From positions 6,463 to 70,462 of the forward strand of contig DASYXF010000113.1 in assembly GCA_035935335.1 (NCBI GenBank): 64,000 nucleotides of DNA, written 5' to 3'. The stretch comes from Candidatus Acidiferrum sp. (lineage in GTDB: Bacteria; Acidobacteriota; Terriglobia; Acidiferrales; UBA7541). Every line of letters starts with the position of its first letter. The stretch's first letter is position 1. Below the pieces are notes generated by a model. The model ran no database searches. It saw nothing but the letters and a program-made list of their open reading frames with translations, and was not told the origin of the DNA. Positions 48,092 through 58,231 of this stretch are shown in pieces. The position numbers and the translations under genes were made by a program.

Positions 48092-49237
48092 CTACGGTTT
48101 CTTTTTCTTGTTGCCGACTTTCGTATCGATGCCGCCGGTGAGCTGTTGGAGTTGCTCAAGTCCCTGCTTTGCTTGCGTACCCCACTGCCCATTCGGATCC
48201 AGTTCGATGGCCTTCTGGTACGCTTCGATCGTTCCCGGCAAAGGGTGCACTTCTATTTTGTCGCCAGTCGTCTTGTAAATGGAAGGGTCCGCTACCATGC
48301 AGGCGCCCAGCAGATACCAAGCCTGGGCGTTCTTGGGATCCAACTCCGTGGCTTTTTTCAGCGGTTCAATCGCCTCCACCATCCGCTGCGCCTGATACAA
48401 ACTGATGCCGAAGTTGCGCCATGCCATTGCGGCATTCGGCGGATCCAACTCCGCAGCCTTGGTGTAAGCCGCGCGCGCTTCGTCAATCTTTCCCGTGCGT
48501 CCCAGAATGTTTCCCAGGTTGTTGTAGTAACTCGGATTCTCCGGCTTGGCAGCAATCGCCTGCTGGTACGCGTTGATGGCTTCGTCGTTGCGCCCTGCCA
48601 GGTCGTAGGCTTCGCCCATGCGCGCCCAGAACAGATGAATATTCGGATCTTTTTCCGGAGCCACCTTCAGGCCGTCCTGAAAGGTCGCGACGGCCTGGTT
48701 CGAAATGTCGGCAATCTTCGCCTTGATGGCATCCTTTTCTTCCGGCTTTGCTTTCGTCAACTCGGCCTTCGCCGCGCGCTCCTGGTCCAGCAGGGCAACA
48801 CCCTTCGCGAATTGCTCCTTCATGCCCGCGAATTTCTTTTGTTCCGCCTGCTGCTGGCGGTATTTCGCGGCTGCCTCGGGGTTCTGCTTCTCCAGGATTT
48901 CCTTGAAGTTGATGTTTAGCGGCGGCGTATCCGCGCCGCGAACATCGAGCGGAACATCAAACGGGGTCTGCATCTGGGGCGGCTGCACCGTGAAGGTGTA
49001 TTTCCCGTTCTTCAGACCTGTAAACGCAAATTTTCCGGCCGCATCCGTTTTCGATTCGGTGGTCACGCCCTGTTCGCTTTTGACCTTCACCGGGAAATTG
49101 GCCCACGGATTTCCGTCAAAGTCGATCAGCGATCCGGTTATCTTCCCGTCTTGCGCGGCCGTCCTCGTCGCAAAACATCCCAGCATTCCGAGCGCCAGGA
49201 CTGCGGCCAGCGCGTACGCCTTCTTCCATTTCACCAT
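48092..49237 (-). CDS. Exported carboxypeptidase-regulatory-like + TPR protein
   Basis: Signal peptide, TDAAGKFAFTGL..GKY, several TPRs (YYNNLG..L...GKIDEA..AY.KA.ELDP). Confidence 0.85.
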   Translation of the reverse strand: MVKWKKAYALAAVLALGMLGCFATRTAAQDGKITGSLIDFDGNPWANFPVKVKSEQGVTTESKTDAAGKFAFTGLKNGKYTFTVQPPQMQTPFDVPLDVRGADTPPLNINFKEILEKQNPEAAAKYRQQQAEQKKFAGMKEQFAKGVALLDQERAAKAELTKAKPEEKDAIKAKIADISNQAVATFQDGLKVAPEKDPNIHLFWARMGEAYDLAGRNDEAINAYQQAIAAKPENPSYYNNLGNILGRTGKIDEARAAYTKAAELDPPNAAMAWRNFGISLYQAQRMVEAIEPLKKATELDPKNAQAWYLLGACMVADPSIYKTTGDKIEVHPLPGTIEAYQKAIELDPNGQWGTQAKQGLEQLQQLTGGIDTKVGNKKKKP

Positions 49238-49337
49238 GCCCCATTCTCCTTTTTTTTGTGGAGGAGCGCCGGCCTTGGTCCGCTGGCCGGTTTCGACCAT
49301 TATCTCTCATATCGCCGGGATTCCAAGCGCCGCAACC

Positions 49338-50057
49338 TTATTTCGCCGCTCCCGCGCGAACTCCAGGCCGGTAGCCGATCGGGTCGCGGACGCCCGCCTC
49401 CGCGAACGCGCGCAATCGCAGCATGCAACTGTCGCACGTTCCGCAGGCCAGATCCTCACCCTGGTAGCAGGACCACGTCAAATTCAGCGGCGCGCCCAGT
49501 TCCATGCCCCGCCGGATAATTTCGCTCTTCTTCAGGCGAATCACCGGCGTCACGATTTCAATCTTCGTCTCCGGCCGCGTTCCCCGGCGAATCAATTCCT
49601 GAAATGCTCCGTAATACTCCGGCCGGCAATCGGGATATCCCGAACTGTCCTCAGCCACGGCTCCGATATAAAGGGCGCCCGCGCCGCTCGCTTCCGCCCA
49701 ACTGACCGCCCCACTCAGAAAATGCGCATTGCGAAATGGGACGTACGTAACAGGAATCGCGTTGCCGCCGGGCCCCGGCGCGCCCAGTTCATTTTCCGGA
49801 ACCGCAATGTTCGCATCCGTCAGCGCCGAGCCTCCGATGGCGCGGAAATAGTCCAGCCTGACCTGCAGCTTTTCCTGCACACCATAGTATTCCGCAATCT
49901 CATTAAAGGCGCGGAGTTCCCGAGTCTCCGTGCGCTGCCCATAGCTCGCATGGAGCAGCCCCACACGCCCTTTACCGTGTTTGCGGAGCGCTTCGGCAGC
50001 ACAGACGCAGGAATCCATTCCTCCACTCAGCAAAACGATGGCGTCGATTCTTCTCAA
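49338..50057 (-). CDS. queC: 7-cyano-7-deazaguanine synthase
   Basis: LSGGMDS, YGQR, TYVPFRN, GYPDCR and TWSCY...CGTCDSC motifs. Confidence 0.96.
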   Translation of the reverse strand: MRRIDAIVLLSGGMDSCVCAAEALRKHGKGRVGLLHASYGQRTETRELRAFNEIAEYYGVQEKLQVRLDYFRAIGGSALTDANIAVPENELGAPGPGGNAIPVTYVPFRNAHFLSGAVSWAEASGAGALYIGAVAEDSSGYPDCRPEYYGAFQELIRRGTRPETKIEIVTPVIRLKKSEIIRRGMELGAPLNLTWSCYQGEDLACGTCDSCMLRLRAFAEAGVRDPIGYRPGVRAGAAK

Positions 50058-50078
50058 GCAGGCTGTCCCTCTTCCAGG

Positions 50079-50765
50079 CTACACTCCGCGCATCGCGGGG
50101 TCCCATACAATCTTGTGCAACTGTAAACCCAGCCTCACCGGCAGCCCGTCTTCCAGCATCCATCCGACCAGTTCGCGCGGTTCCAGCCCGGTCCATTTTC
50201 CGTTTGGATCGTCGTGCACCGGCGAAAACAGCACCTCGCGCACCCGCTCCCCCAGCCGGTGCTCGCGGCTGAATTCGCGCGCAAACTCATAATCCCTTCG
50301 GCTGGAAATCACAAACTTCACTTCGTCGTTCGCGGTCAATTCCTCAAGGTTCCGCGGATCAAACGTATCCGGCTCGCCGGAGTCCGGGCACTTCACGTCC
50401 ACAATCTTGATCACTTCCTTCGGCAAACGCCCGACGTATCTCTCGCCGCTGGTTTCGATCATCACCGTATAGCCTGCGGCAAGCAGCCGCTCCGCCAGCG
50501 GATAGATTTCTTCCTGCAGCAGCGGTTCCCCGCCCGTAAGCTCCACCAAAGAAACTCCCGCGGCATGGCCGTCGGCGCGCAGGCTCAGCGACTCGACGCG
50601 CTCCATTACTTCGTCGACAGTGACCTTCTGCCCGCCGTGAAACGCATATGCCGTGTCGCACCAGGTGCAGCGCAGATTGCAGCCGGTTAGACGCACGAAA
50701 ATGCACGGCAGTCCCGCGCGCGTTCCTTCGCCCTGGATGGATTTGAATATTTCGGTAATGAACAT
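50079..50765 (-). CDS. queE: 7-carboxy-7-deazaguanine synthase (radical SAM)
   Basis: EIF.SIQGEG, GCNLRCTWCDT, TGGEP and LQLHK motifs. Confidence 0.95.
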   Translation of the reverse strand: MFITEIFKSIQGEGTRAGLPCIFVRLTGCNLRCTWCDTAYAFHGGQKVTVDEVMERVESLSLRADGHAAGVSLVELTGGEPLLQEEIYPLAERLLAAGYTVMIETSGERYVGRLPKEVIKIVDVKCPDSGEPDTFDPRNLEELTANDEVKFVISSRRDYEFAREFSREHRLGERVREVLFSPVHDDPNGKWTGLEPRELVGWMLEDGLPVRLGLQLHKIVWDPAMRGV

Positions 50766-50913
50766 TTGTAACCGAGCGTTACTCTAAGAAACTTTCAACC
50801 GGATTGCCATCCCAAACCCACGCCTTCCGCGGGGGAGGGATCTGCTTTCCCTGTCAATCGAACTAAAAGCGCCCGCCTTGGAAGGCGGCCGCTACAAATG
50901 CTGCCGCTCGCCG

Positions 50914-51099
50914 CTAGCTGCCGGTCTTTGCTTTTTTGCCCGACCGCCTTGAAAGCCAATAAATGCCGCCAAAAAACAGAGCCATTGCGCCAATCAACCG
51001 GGGGTATCCGGGTGAGAAACCCATCATTCTCAGCACTACAACGTAGCCGATGGCCACGAGCAGCGCCGGAATCAGGATGATCAGAAGCGACCGGTTCAT
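50914..51099 (-). CDS. Small 2-TM hypothetical membrane protein
   Basis: 61 aa, GGAG RBS, located within the que run. Confidence 0.6.
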   Translation of the reverse strand: MNRSLLIILIPALLVAIGYVVVLRMMGFSPGYPRLIGAMALFFGGIYWLSRRSGKKAKTGS

Positions 51100-51126
51100 T
51101 GTGTCTCCCGTTATCAGCCGGACCCG

Positions 51127-51501
51127 CTACGGGTGATAGCGCGCCATAGCGGTGTCGGTCTCCCAGATCACCACGTCTTTCAATTTCGCTCCCGGCGGCA
51201 ATCCGGTCAGCTGGCTGGTCAGATTGTCGTAAAAATATTTCGCCAGATTTTCGGCCGAGGGATTCACTGTCGTAAATGGCTCCAGGTCGTTGATGAACTG
51301 GTGATCCAGCCGCGCGATCAGGCCGCGCATCGCATGCTTCAACTGCGTGAAATCGATCAGCAGGCCGATGTTGTCCAGTTGCGGCCCTTCCAACGTTACC
51401 TGAACGCGGTAATTGTGCCCGTGGGGATTCTCGCACTTGCCCTTATAACCCCGCAGGGCGTGCCCCGACGAAAACGTATCTTCGACACTCACCTGAAACA
51501 T
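51127..51501 (-). CDS. queD: 6-carboxy-5,6,7,8-tetrahydropterin synthase
   Basis: CENPHGHNY, LDH, PSAENLA and WET motifs. Confidence 0.95.
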   Translation of the reverse strand: MFQVSVEDTFSSGHALRGYKGKCENPHGHNYRVQVTLEGPQLDNIGLLIDFTQLKHAMRGLIARLDHQFINDLEPFTTVNPSAENLAKYFYDNLTSQLTGLPPGAKLKDVVIWETDTAMARYHP

Positions 51502-51549
51502 GGTTGGCTTTCTCTTCCTCTTCTTCCCTGGGGCCTGGGGACGATGCTT

Positions 51550-53691
51550 TCAGGCAGGGCTGGCCGCGGACAGGAACCGGGAGACATCCTCCAGATCGTT
51601 GGTCCTCCGGTACCGGGGCAGCGACTCCAAGAAAATTTTACCATAGGGCATCCGCTGGATTCGCGTGTCCAGCAGGGCCAGCACGCCGCGGTCGGTTTTG
51701 GCGCGAATCAGCCGCCCAAAGCCCTGTTTCAGCGCCAGCACGGCTTCCGGCACCTGAAATTCGGAGAAGGGGTTGCGCCCCTCGTCCTGCAAGGCGCGGA
51801 CACGGGCTGCCACGATCGGATCGCTGGGCACGGCGAACGGCAAGCGATCCACGATCACGCAGGAAAGTTGCTCGCCAGGCACGTCTACGCCTTGCCAGAA
51901 GCTGGCGGTGGCGAATAGCACGGCATTCGGTGTGTTTTTGAAGCGCTCCAGCAGCACCGAGCGCGGCGCGGTCCCTTGCAGCATCAGTGGAAAATCCACG
52001 CGCGTACGCACTCGCTCGAATAAATCATTCATCTGAGAGTAGCTGGTGAACAGGCAAAACGCTCTCCCCCGGCTCAACTCCAGCAACTGCACAATTTCGT
52101 CGGCCGCTTTCGCCGCGAATCCGGCGTCGCGCACATCCGGCATCTTCTGCGGAAGATAGAGCAACGCCTGCTGCTGAAAGTCGAACTCCGGCGGCAAAGC
52201 GCACTCTTTCGCGTGGTCCAGGCCGAGGCGCTGCCGGATGAATTCGAATCGCCCGGCAACCGTCAGCGTCGCTGAAGTAAGAATCACGGTATCGAAGGCT
52301 TCGAAAAGTTTCTCGCGCAGAATCTGGCTGATGTCGATCGGCGTGGCTGCAAGAAACACGCCTTTGTTGCGGCGCTCGAACCAGTACACATAGTTTTTTT
52401 CGTTCGATTCAAACAGGAAAGAAAGCTCCTGCCGGACTTCAAAGCTGCGCCGGCCAATGCGCGTCAACTCTTCGGGTTTCTGCGTCAGCGCCGCGAATTC
52501 CGTTTCCATCGCCTTGCAGGCGTTCAACAGCGCGTCGTACGCCTCGCGGTTCTGCTCCAGAAAAGCTTCGCGCTCCTGCCTTGTAAACGGAAACCGGCCG
52601 TCGCGCGGCGGAAAGCTGTCGAAAAACGCGCGGCTCTTTTCCCGGATGCGTTGCGTCCGCCGCAGTAGCGTGGGAGAGCCTGTCTTCGTCAGCCGCATGG
52701 CGTGATCCGCGTCGCGCGCCAGTTCTTCAAACCTGTAATTCGAAATCTGCTGGCCGAAATAATCGCTGGCCACGTCTTCCATCTCGTGCGCTTCGTCGAA
52801 AACCACGGCTGAATATTCCGGCAGGATGCTGCCGAAATCGTCCTGCTTCAGCGCAAGGTCGGCAAAAAACAGGTGATGGTTCACGATGATCAGGTCGGCT
52901 TCCTTGGCGCGGTTCTGCATCTGCGTCAGGAAGCACTTCTCAAACTCCGGGCATTTCTTGCCTGTGCAGGTGTCGCGCCGCGCGTCAATTCGCGACCACA
53001 ACTCCGAGTCGTCCGGCAAAAACGTCAGCTCGGCGCGGTCGCCGGTTTCCGTCAGGTTCGACCACTCGCGGATCTGGCGGAACGCGTCCACCTCTTCCAT
53101 GCCTTTCAGCATTGGCTGGTCTGCCAGCGCGTGCATTTTGGAAAGGCACAGAAAATTCGAGCGGCCCTTCATCACCGCGACTTTCAGATTGGGTGCGAAA
53201 TGCTTCTGCAGGAATGGGACGTCTTTCTGGTAAAGCTGCTCCTGCAGCGATTTCGTGGCCGTCGAGATCACCACGCGCCGCCCGCTGCAGATCGCCGGCA
53301 GCAGATAGGCCAAAGTTTTCCCGGTGCCCGTGCCAGCCTCCACCACCGAGTGGTGGTGTTTCTGAAACGCGTCGTGCACCGCTTCCGCCATCTGCAATTG
53401 CGCGGGCCGGTGCTCGTAACCCCCGATCATGCTGCGTTCCAAGAATCCGCCGGGCCCGAAAATCTGCCCCATCGAAGGACCGGTTGAAGGAGTCTCTTCT
53501 TCATGAGCAGGTGCCACACCCGCGGCCGAGCCTTGCACATTTCCAACCGCGCGATTCTGCCGCACCGGCTGGCCCTCCACGTCGTGTGCACGCAACTCGT
53601 CCTCCAGAGGCACGTAGACGCGCTCCTGGACAACTTCTCTCGTCTTTTTCGGAGCCTCGGTTGAACCCGGGTTGGCTTTACGCTTGACCAA
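51550..53691 (-). CDS. DinG/YoaA-family Fe-S DNA helicase
   Basis: EAGTGTGKT, four-Cys Fe-S region, DEAH, SATL, FWQGVD and QGFGRLIR motifs. The exact start is uncertain. Confidence 0.92.
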   Translation of the reverse strand: MVKRKANPGSTEAPKKTREVVQERVYVPLEDELRAHDVEGQPVRQNRAVGNVQGSAAGVAPAHEEETPSTGPSMGQIFGPGGFLERSMIGGYEHRPAQLQMAEAVHDAFQKHHHSVVEAGTGTGKTLAYLLPAICSGRRVVISTATKSLQEQLYQKDVPFLQKHFAPNLKVAVMKGRSNFLCLSKMHALADQPMLKGMEEVDAFRQIREWSNLTETGDRAELTFLPDDSELWSRIDARRDTCTGKKCPEFEKCFLTQMQNRAKEADLIIVNHHLFFADLALKQDDFGSILPEYSAVVFDEAHEMEDVASDYFGQQISNYRFEELARDADHAMRLTKTGSPTLLRRTQRIREKSRAFFDSFPPRDGRFPFTRQEREAFLEQNREAYDALLNACKAMETEFAALTQKPEELTRIGRRSFEVRQELSFLFESNEKNYVYWFERRNKGVFLAATPIDISQILREKLFEAFDTVILTSATLTVAGRFEFIRQRLGLDHAKECALPPEFDFQQQALLYLPQKMPDVRDAGFAAKAADEIVQLLELSRGRAFCLFTSYSQMNDLFERVRTRVDFPLMLQGTAPRSVLLERFKNTPNAVLFATASFWQGVDVPGEQLSCVIVDRLPFAVPSDPIVAARVRALQDEGRNPFSEFQVPEAVLALKQGFGRLIRAKTDRGVLALLDTRIQRMPYGKIFLESLPRYRRTNDLEDVSRFLSAASPA

Positions 53692-53900
53692 AAACCCTGC
53701 CTACTCTGCGGAGCAGCATCGCAACGGACTAACGATAGCACATCCCCGTCGGGCTCACCGGCGCGCCGCCGACGTTAATATTTGGGCAATCCCGGGTTTT
53801 CCGCACCGCACAACGGGTGGACTGGGATAGAGTGTTGTTGGGGAATTCCAGCTGCCCTTGCCGCAAATGGTGGCGGCGAAATTGGCCATGGGGTGTTCGC

Positions 53901-55358
53901 ATGAATTCAAGAAAATACCTGTTTATCGCTGTGATCGTCGCTGCTGTGTCGCTCTGTTCCTGCAGCGGCGTCAAAAATCGCTGCGTAACAAACTGCGTGA
54001 TAAACGGAAACGCAAACCTCAGCATCTCCATTTCGGACACGCCGCCCGCGAACACCACCATCCTGAGCTTCACTTTGCCCATCATCGGAATAAAACTGAC
54101 AAACTCGGCCGGCACGGACGTCGCCGTGTTTTCCCCTGGTTCGGCGGCAAATTTTGAATTGACCCGGTTGCAATCCGATTCGGGTGTGGTCGTCACCAAC
54201 GCATCGGTTCCGGCGGACACTTACACATCCCTGACCATTGCGCTTGGGAGCCCTTCCGGTGTCTTCGTCAACAACTCTGGGGCCGCGGTTGGAAACTGTC
54301 CGGGGGCAAACCCTTTCAGCGTCTGCGGCATTTCCGGAACCTTCACCAATATCACCGTCCCTCTTGGCAATCTTAGACTGAACGCTGACGCCAACCAGTG
54401 GCTGGACCTCGACTTCAATTACAACAACGCGATTGACACCTCCACCGGCATTTCTATCAATCTCGGCCTTTCGAACGTTCTCGCCGTGAATACCTCCACA
54501 CCCGTCGGTGTTCCGAGCGGCGACTTCGCCAACGTCGACGATTTCACAGGGCGTGTCACGGCCTTATCCAATAGCAGCATCACGTTGGGTTCCACGGCCC
54601 GCGGCAACCTGACTGCAACGATCAGTTCCTCTATTCCGGTGTTCGATCCCCAGGGACTTTGTGGCGCTACCGTCAATTTGAGCTGTATCGGTGTCGGCTC
54701 GATCGTGAGCCTGCAAGGTGTGCTGACGACCGCCGGCACGATTGTCGGCTCATCGCTCGACGTCATCGACTCGTCAAAAACACCCGCCGACGAAGTGGAA
54801 GGCACCATTTATCCCAGCAACTGCAACGGCGGCGCGAATTTCGGGATGATCCTCAGCGACAGTTCGATCACCACCGGCGGTTCACCGCTGGCAGGCCCCG
54901 GTTTTGGAGCGGGCATCTGCCTGACGGTCAGCCCGACAGCGTCGTTTCTGGTTGATTTCGGCATTTTGACCGGTCAGCCGGGATTGCCGGCCACCGGGTT
55001 CACCAACGCGAACGATCTGCTCGCGGGACAAACCGTGCGCGCCAAGATCACCGGCGCCGCAACAGGAACCAATAGCCTTATTGACGCCACCGCAACAGCC
55101 ATGATCCTGCGATTTTCACGCTTGACGGGAACAGTAAGCACAGGGTCAACCACAGGTTTCTCAATCAGCGGCCTGCCCACTTATATCACCGCTTTTACCA
55201 CCTTGGCGCAAGTGCAGACCTACCAGAACGCGACGTTATTCGAAGGAGTAAGCACGAGCGGGCTACAAGGCACAGTATCCATTTCAGCCCTGTTCTTCAA
55301 TCCAAGCACATCGCCGATAACGGGGCCGTTACAAGCAGCCAAGGTGCGCCAACACTAA
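53901..55358 (+). CDS. Lipoprotein with DUF4382/DUF5666-like beta domains
   Basis: Lipobox-like SLCSC after a hydrophobic stretch; ISISDTP...; Thr/Ser/Gly-rich G.V... repeats. Confidence 0.65.
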   Translation: MNSRKYLFIAVIVAAVSLCSCSGVKNRCVTNCVINGNANLSISISDTPPANTTILSFTLPIIGIKLTNSAGTDVAVFSPGSAANFELTRLQSDSGVVVTNASVPADTYTSLTIALGSPSGVFVNNSGAAVGNCPGANPFSVCGISGTFTNITVPLGNLRLNADANQWLDLDFNYNNAIDTSTGISINLGLSNVLAVNTSTPVGVPSGDFANVDDFTGRVTALSNSSITLGSTARGNLTATISSSIPVFDPQGLCGATVNLSCIGVGSIVSLQGVLTTAGTIVGSSLDVIDSSKTPADEVEGTIYPSNCNGGANFGMILSDSSITTGGSPLAGPGFGAGICLTVSPTASFLVDFGILTGQPGLPATGFTNANDLLAGQTVRAKITGAATGTNSLIDATATAMILRFSRLTGTVSTGSTTGFSISGLPTYITAFTTLAQVQTYQNATLFEGVSTSGLQGTVSISALFFNPSTSPITGPLQAAKVRQH

Positions 55359-55384
55359 GTTTCTACCCGCCTCCGCAAAAGGCA

Positions 55385-55418
55385 ACGGGCCCCGGAAGTT
55401 TCGGGGCCCGTCTTTTTT
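55385..55418 (+). terminator. Intrinsic terminator
   Basis: ACGGGCCCC-GGAAGTTTC-GGGGCCCGT followed by CTTTTTT. Confidence 0.7.
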
Positions 55419-55528
55419 GGAGTGCGGGAGCTCTGCTCCCGCTTTTACGGACTAAGCCACAGCAACTAAGTCCAGTATGTCCTTCTACTATCAATCTCAA
55501 AGCGGCGGCAGAGCCGCCGCACTCCAAA
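55416..55528. repeat. REP-doublet/MITE-like element, copy 3
   Basis: tttggagtgcgggagctctgctcccgctttt ... aaagcggcggcagagccgccgcactccaaa. Confidence 0.75.
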
Positions 55529-55532
55529 GTTT

Positions 55533-57236
55533 CTAGATCCCGCCCACCGTCGTATTCGGCGGCAGTGGACTCCCCAGCGGCGCCATGGGCGCCGGCGGAA
55601 TGTTGGGCGCCATCGTCGGCTGCAGCCTCCGGTAAAGCGCCAGCGAGATCGCTCCTATGCCCCAGACGACCACCACGAACTTGATCCACGCGCCCACGTA
55701 GGGAACCATCATCACCACCCGCAGCAGCAGCAAACCCACGATCATTCTTCCAATCTCCGGCCAGAATTCATCCGTCCGGCCCATGATCCATGCGCCCACC
55801 GCTGCCCCCACAATGATCTGCGCGAAATACAGCGAGGCGTACCACAAGAAAAATCCAGAAATGCCCACGAACAATCCCACAACCGTGATGCAAGCCAGCA
55901 GCGCCCCGATCGGAAAGCCGGCCCCGACCAGAATCCCCAGGCCCGCCGAAGCCCCAAGATGTTCCGTGTTCGCCGCCGCTTCCTGGGAAAACTTCGGCAT
56001 CAGGCTGAATAGCACCAGGCCGAAAAGCACATAGGCCGCGGCCCAAATGACCTGCCAAAGGTAGTAACCTCCGGTCCGCTCCGCCCGGCGGTGTTCCTCC
56101 CTCGTAAATTCCAGCGGCGACGCAAGCTTGGCATCGGAGGCGACGTTTGGTTCCCTTTGTCCCTTAAAAGCGGTCTTCCCGTCGATCTCCGCGCCGGAAA
56201 CGATCGAAAGCGATTTGCCGCGTTCCCGCACCGAGCCTCCGATCAACCCGGAGATCGTCGTGCTGTCCGCGAAGCCCAGAAAGTCGCGCCCGATCTTTCC
56301 ATCGAGCGTCAGCGTTTCGCCGCCCGCGGTAAGACTCCGGCCGATCTTCCCGCTGGCGTCCAGGTTGAGCGTTTCGCTCCAGGTCATGACATTGCGCTCC
56401 ACCGTTCCGGTGATGGTCACATTATTAGCGCCTGTGCGTACATTTCCGTCGATCACGCCGTTGACGCGCACCGCTTGCGCAAAACAGATCAGATCGCCAT
56501 TGATGTGTCCGCTGACGTCCACCTGGTGCGCGAACGCAAAAACGTCGCCCTCGACATCTCCATCGATTCGTACGTGCTCGCCGGTGAGAAAAATGTCGCC
56601 CTTGATGACCTCACCCTTTTTCACGTTGACGTTGTCGCCCTTGCGGAATTCCGTGGCCGACGCCGGCGTGGCCACAGCCATCATCAAGCCGAAACTGGCA
56701 AACAGCACCGCCAGCGCCGAGCCACGCCGCAAATAGCGGCGGAAAGCGAACAAGCCGAAGCCGGCCATGCACATCACGGCAAGCACTTCGAACAAGCTGA
56801 ACATGGATTGCCATCCTTTCCAGAATGCGCCCTGAAACACCACCAGACTCAGCAGATTCGTGCTGCCGAAGCCGGCCTCTGCAAACTGACGTTCCCAGGG
56901 CTCGACATATCCCGTGTACAAGGCGTAGACGCCCATGACCGCCAGGCCAAACACTACGCCCCAAATCCATTGCATGTTGCGCTTCACCTTTTCGTGAAAC
57001 TCCGCCAGGCGCGCCGGCAAAGGCTCGTCCTGCTCCAGCATGGAGCGCGTCAGCAAACGCGACTCGCGGTCCAGCGCGCGCAGCAGCGTCAGGCACCGCG
57101 TGCAGGTCTGCGTGTGGAGAGACACGCCCTGCGCCGCCTCGCGGTCCAGCTGCCGCTCGACATACAACAGCAAAGTCATCTCATCAACATGCGTTTCGTT
57201 CGCCTGCTTATTGCTGTTCCTGTCCGGTTCTGTCAT
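55533..57236 (-). CDS. Anti-sigma (zf-HC2) fused to a bactofilin-like beta-helix and a C-terminal membrane domain
   Basis: HTQTCTRC zinc motif, TMs, repeated (I/V)xGx(I/V)xG(D/N) units, about 5 C-terminal TMs; ATGA overlap with the sigma gene. Confidence 0.8.
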   Translation of the reverse strand: MTEPDRNSNKQANETHVDEMTLLLYVERQLDREAAQGVSLHTQTCTRCLTLLRALDRESRLLTRSMLEQDEPLPARLAEFHEKVKRNMQWIWGVVFGLAVMGVYALYTGYVEPWERQFAEAGFGSTNLLSLVVFQGAFWKGWQSMFSLFEVLAVMCMAGFGLFAFRRYLRRGSALAVLFASFGLMMAVATPASATEFRKGDNVNVKKGEVIKGDIFLTGEHVRIDGDVEGDVFAFAHQVDVSGHINGDLICFAQAVRVNGVIDGNVRTGANNVTITGTVERNVMTWSETLNLDASGKIGRSLTAGGETLTLDGKIGRDFLGFADSTTISGLIGGSVRERGKSLSIVSGAEIDGKTAFKGQREPNVASDAKLASPLEFTREEHRRAERTGGYYLWQVIWAAAYVLFGLVLFSLMPKFSQEAAANTEHLGASAGLGILVGAGFPIGALLACITVVGLFVGISGFFLWYASLYFAQIIVGAAVGAWIMGRTDEFWPEIGRMIVGLLLLRVVMMVPYVGAWIKFVVVVWGIGAISLALYRRLQPTMAPNIPPAPMAPLGSPLPPNTTVGGI

Positions 57237-57841
57237 CGGGTTCCTCCCACGGCCAGCGCGCTGTTCTCTCCCATCGCCTGCCGCAGTTCATGCCGCGCCC
57301 GTAAAAGCACGACTCCTACAAATTGCCGCCGGACGCCCAGGGCGTCGGCAATCTCGTCGTAGCTCATATCCGAGTAGTAGCGCATCACCAGCGCCATCCG
57401 CGCGCGCATGCCCAGCGTGTCCAGCGCTTTGCGCACCTCTTCGCTGGTGCGCTCTTCGATCAGTTTTTCCAGTTGGTTCGGCTCCGGGCATTCCAGAGCC
57501 ACATCGTCCACGTCATCCATGTCTTTGTCGTGGCGGGCTTTCTTGCGGCGCAGCATGTCCCAGCAATGATTTGCGGCGACTTTGTACAGCCACGCGGTGA
57601 AGGACCGTGTCTGGTCGTACTGGATAAGTTTGTCGCGCAACTTCATGAAAATCTCCATCGTGGCGTCTTCCGCGTCTTCGCGCGTCGGCATCGCCCGCCG
57701 GCAAAAGCGGAAGATCGCCGGGGCAAATTCCCGGTACAGTTCGCCCCAAGCCTGGGTATCCCCAGTCCGGGCTCGAGCGATTACTTCCGTCGGCTCCGTT
57801 TTTCCCGGTGCGCTCATTCGCCCTGGTCTCAGCGGTTCCAT
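57233..57841 (-). CDS. ECF RNA polymerase sigma factor
   Basis: EDAEDATMEIFMK, FTAWLYKVAANHCWD and MSYDEIADALG motifs. Confidence 0.95.
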   Translation of the reverse strand: MEPLRPGRMSAPGKTEPTEVIARARTGDTQAWGELYREFAPAIFRFCRRAMPTREDAEDATMEIFMKLRDKLIQYDQTRSFTAWLYKVAANHCWDMLRRKKARHDKDMDDVDDVALECPEPNQLEKLIEERTSEEVRKALDTLGMRARMALVMRYYSDMSYDEIADALGVRRQFVGVVLLRARHELRQAMGENSALAVGGTR

Positions 57842-58034
57842 AGGTTAGTACGCGGCAGCCGTCGCAAAACTATCACAAGTTGCAATGTCTGTGCGGGTTA
57901 GGGGTAGGCAACTGCAGTCAAATCAAAGGTGATGAAACAGGGGTATCCGATTTAAGTATTTTATTATCAATAGCTTAAAGACGGCTGCGCGATGCAACCG
58001 TCAATCCAAACGCCCACGCCGAGGAGTCCGTCCA

Positions 58035-58169
58035 TTTGGAGTGCGGGAGCCCTGCTCCCGCTTTTACGGTTTCAACATTTTCTCACAAGCTAAGTCTGGA
58101 AAAGGACTGTACGCCTCAAAAGCGGCGGCAGAGCCTGCCTGCCACAGGCAGGGCCACCGCACTCCAAAA
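58035..58169. repeat. REP-doublet/MITE-like element, copy 4, with nested 19-bp hairpin
   Basis: Same ends as the other copies; CCTGCCTGCCACAGGCAGG inserted at 58134-58152. Confidence 0.75.
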
Positions 58170-58172
58170 ACA

Positions 58173-58205
58173 CGAAGGCCCCGGGCTGGGCGACCGGGGC
58201 CTTCG
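58173..58205 (-). terminator. Intrinsic terminator of the TonB-dependent receptor gene
   Basis: CGAAGGCCCCGG...CCGGGGCCTTCG hairpin followed by TGTTTTT on the minus strand. Confidence 0.65.
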
Positions 58206-58231
58206 CGCTGCTTCTACAAAGTGGAAACCAC

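Noticed and set aside
49338-53691. queCED plus helicase as a Dpd 7-deazaguanine DNA-modification defence island
   Set aside because: No dpdA/tgt paralogue or other dpd genes; consistent with housekeeping preQ0 synthesis. No preQ1 riboswitch was recognised.
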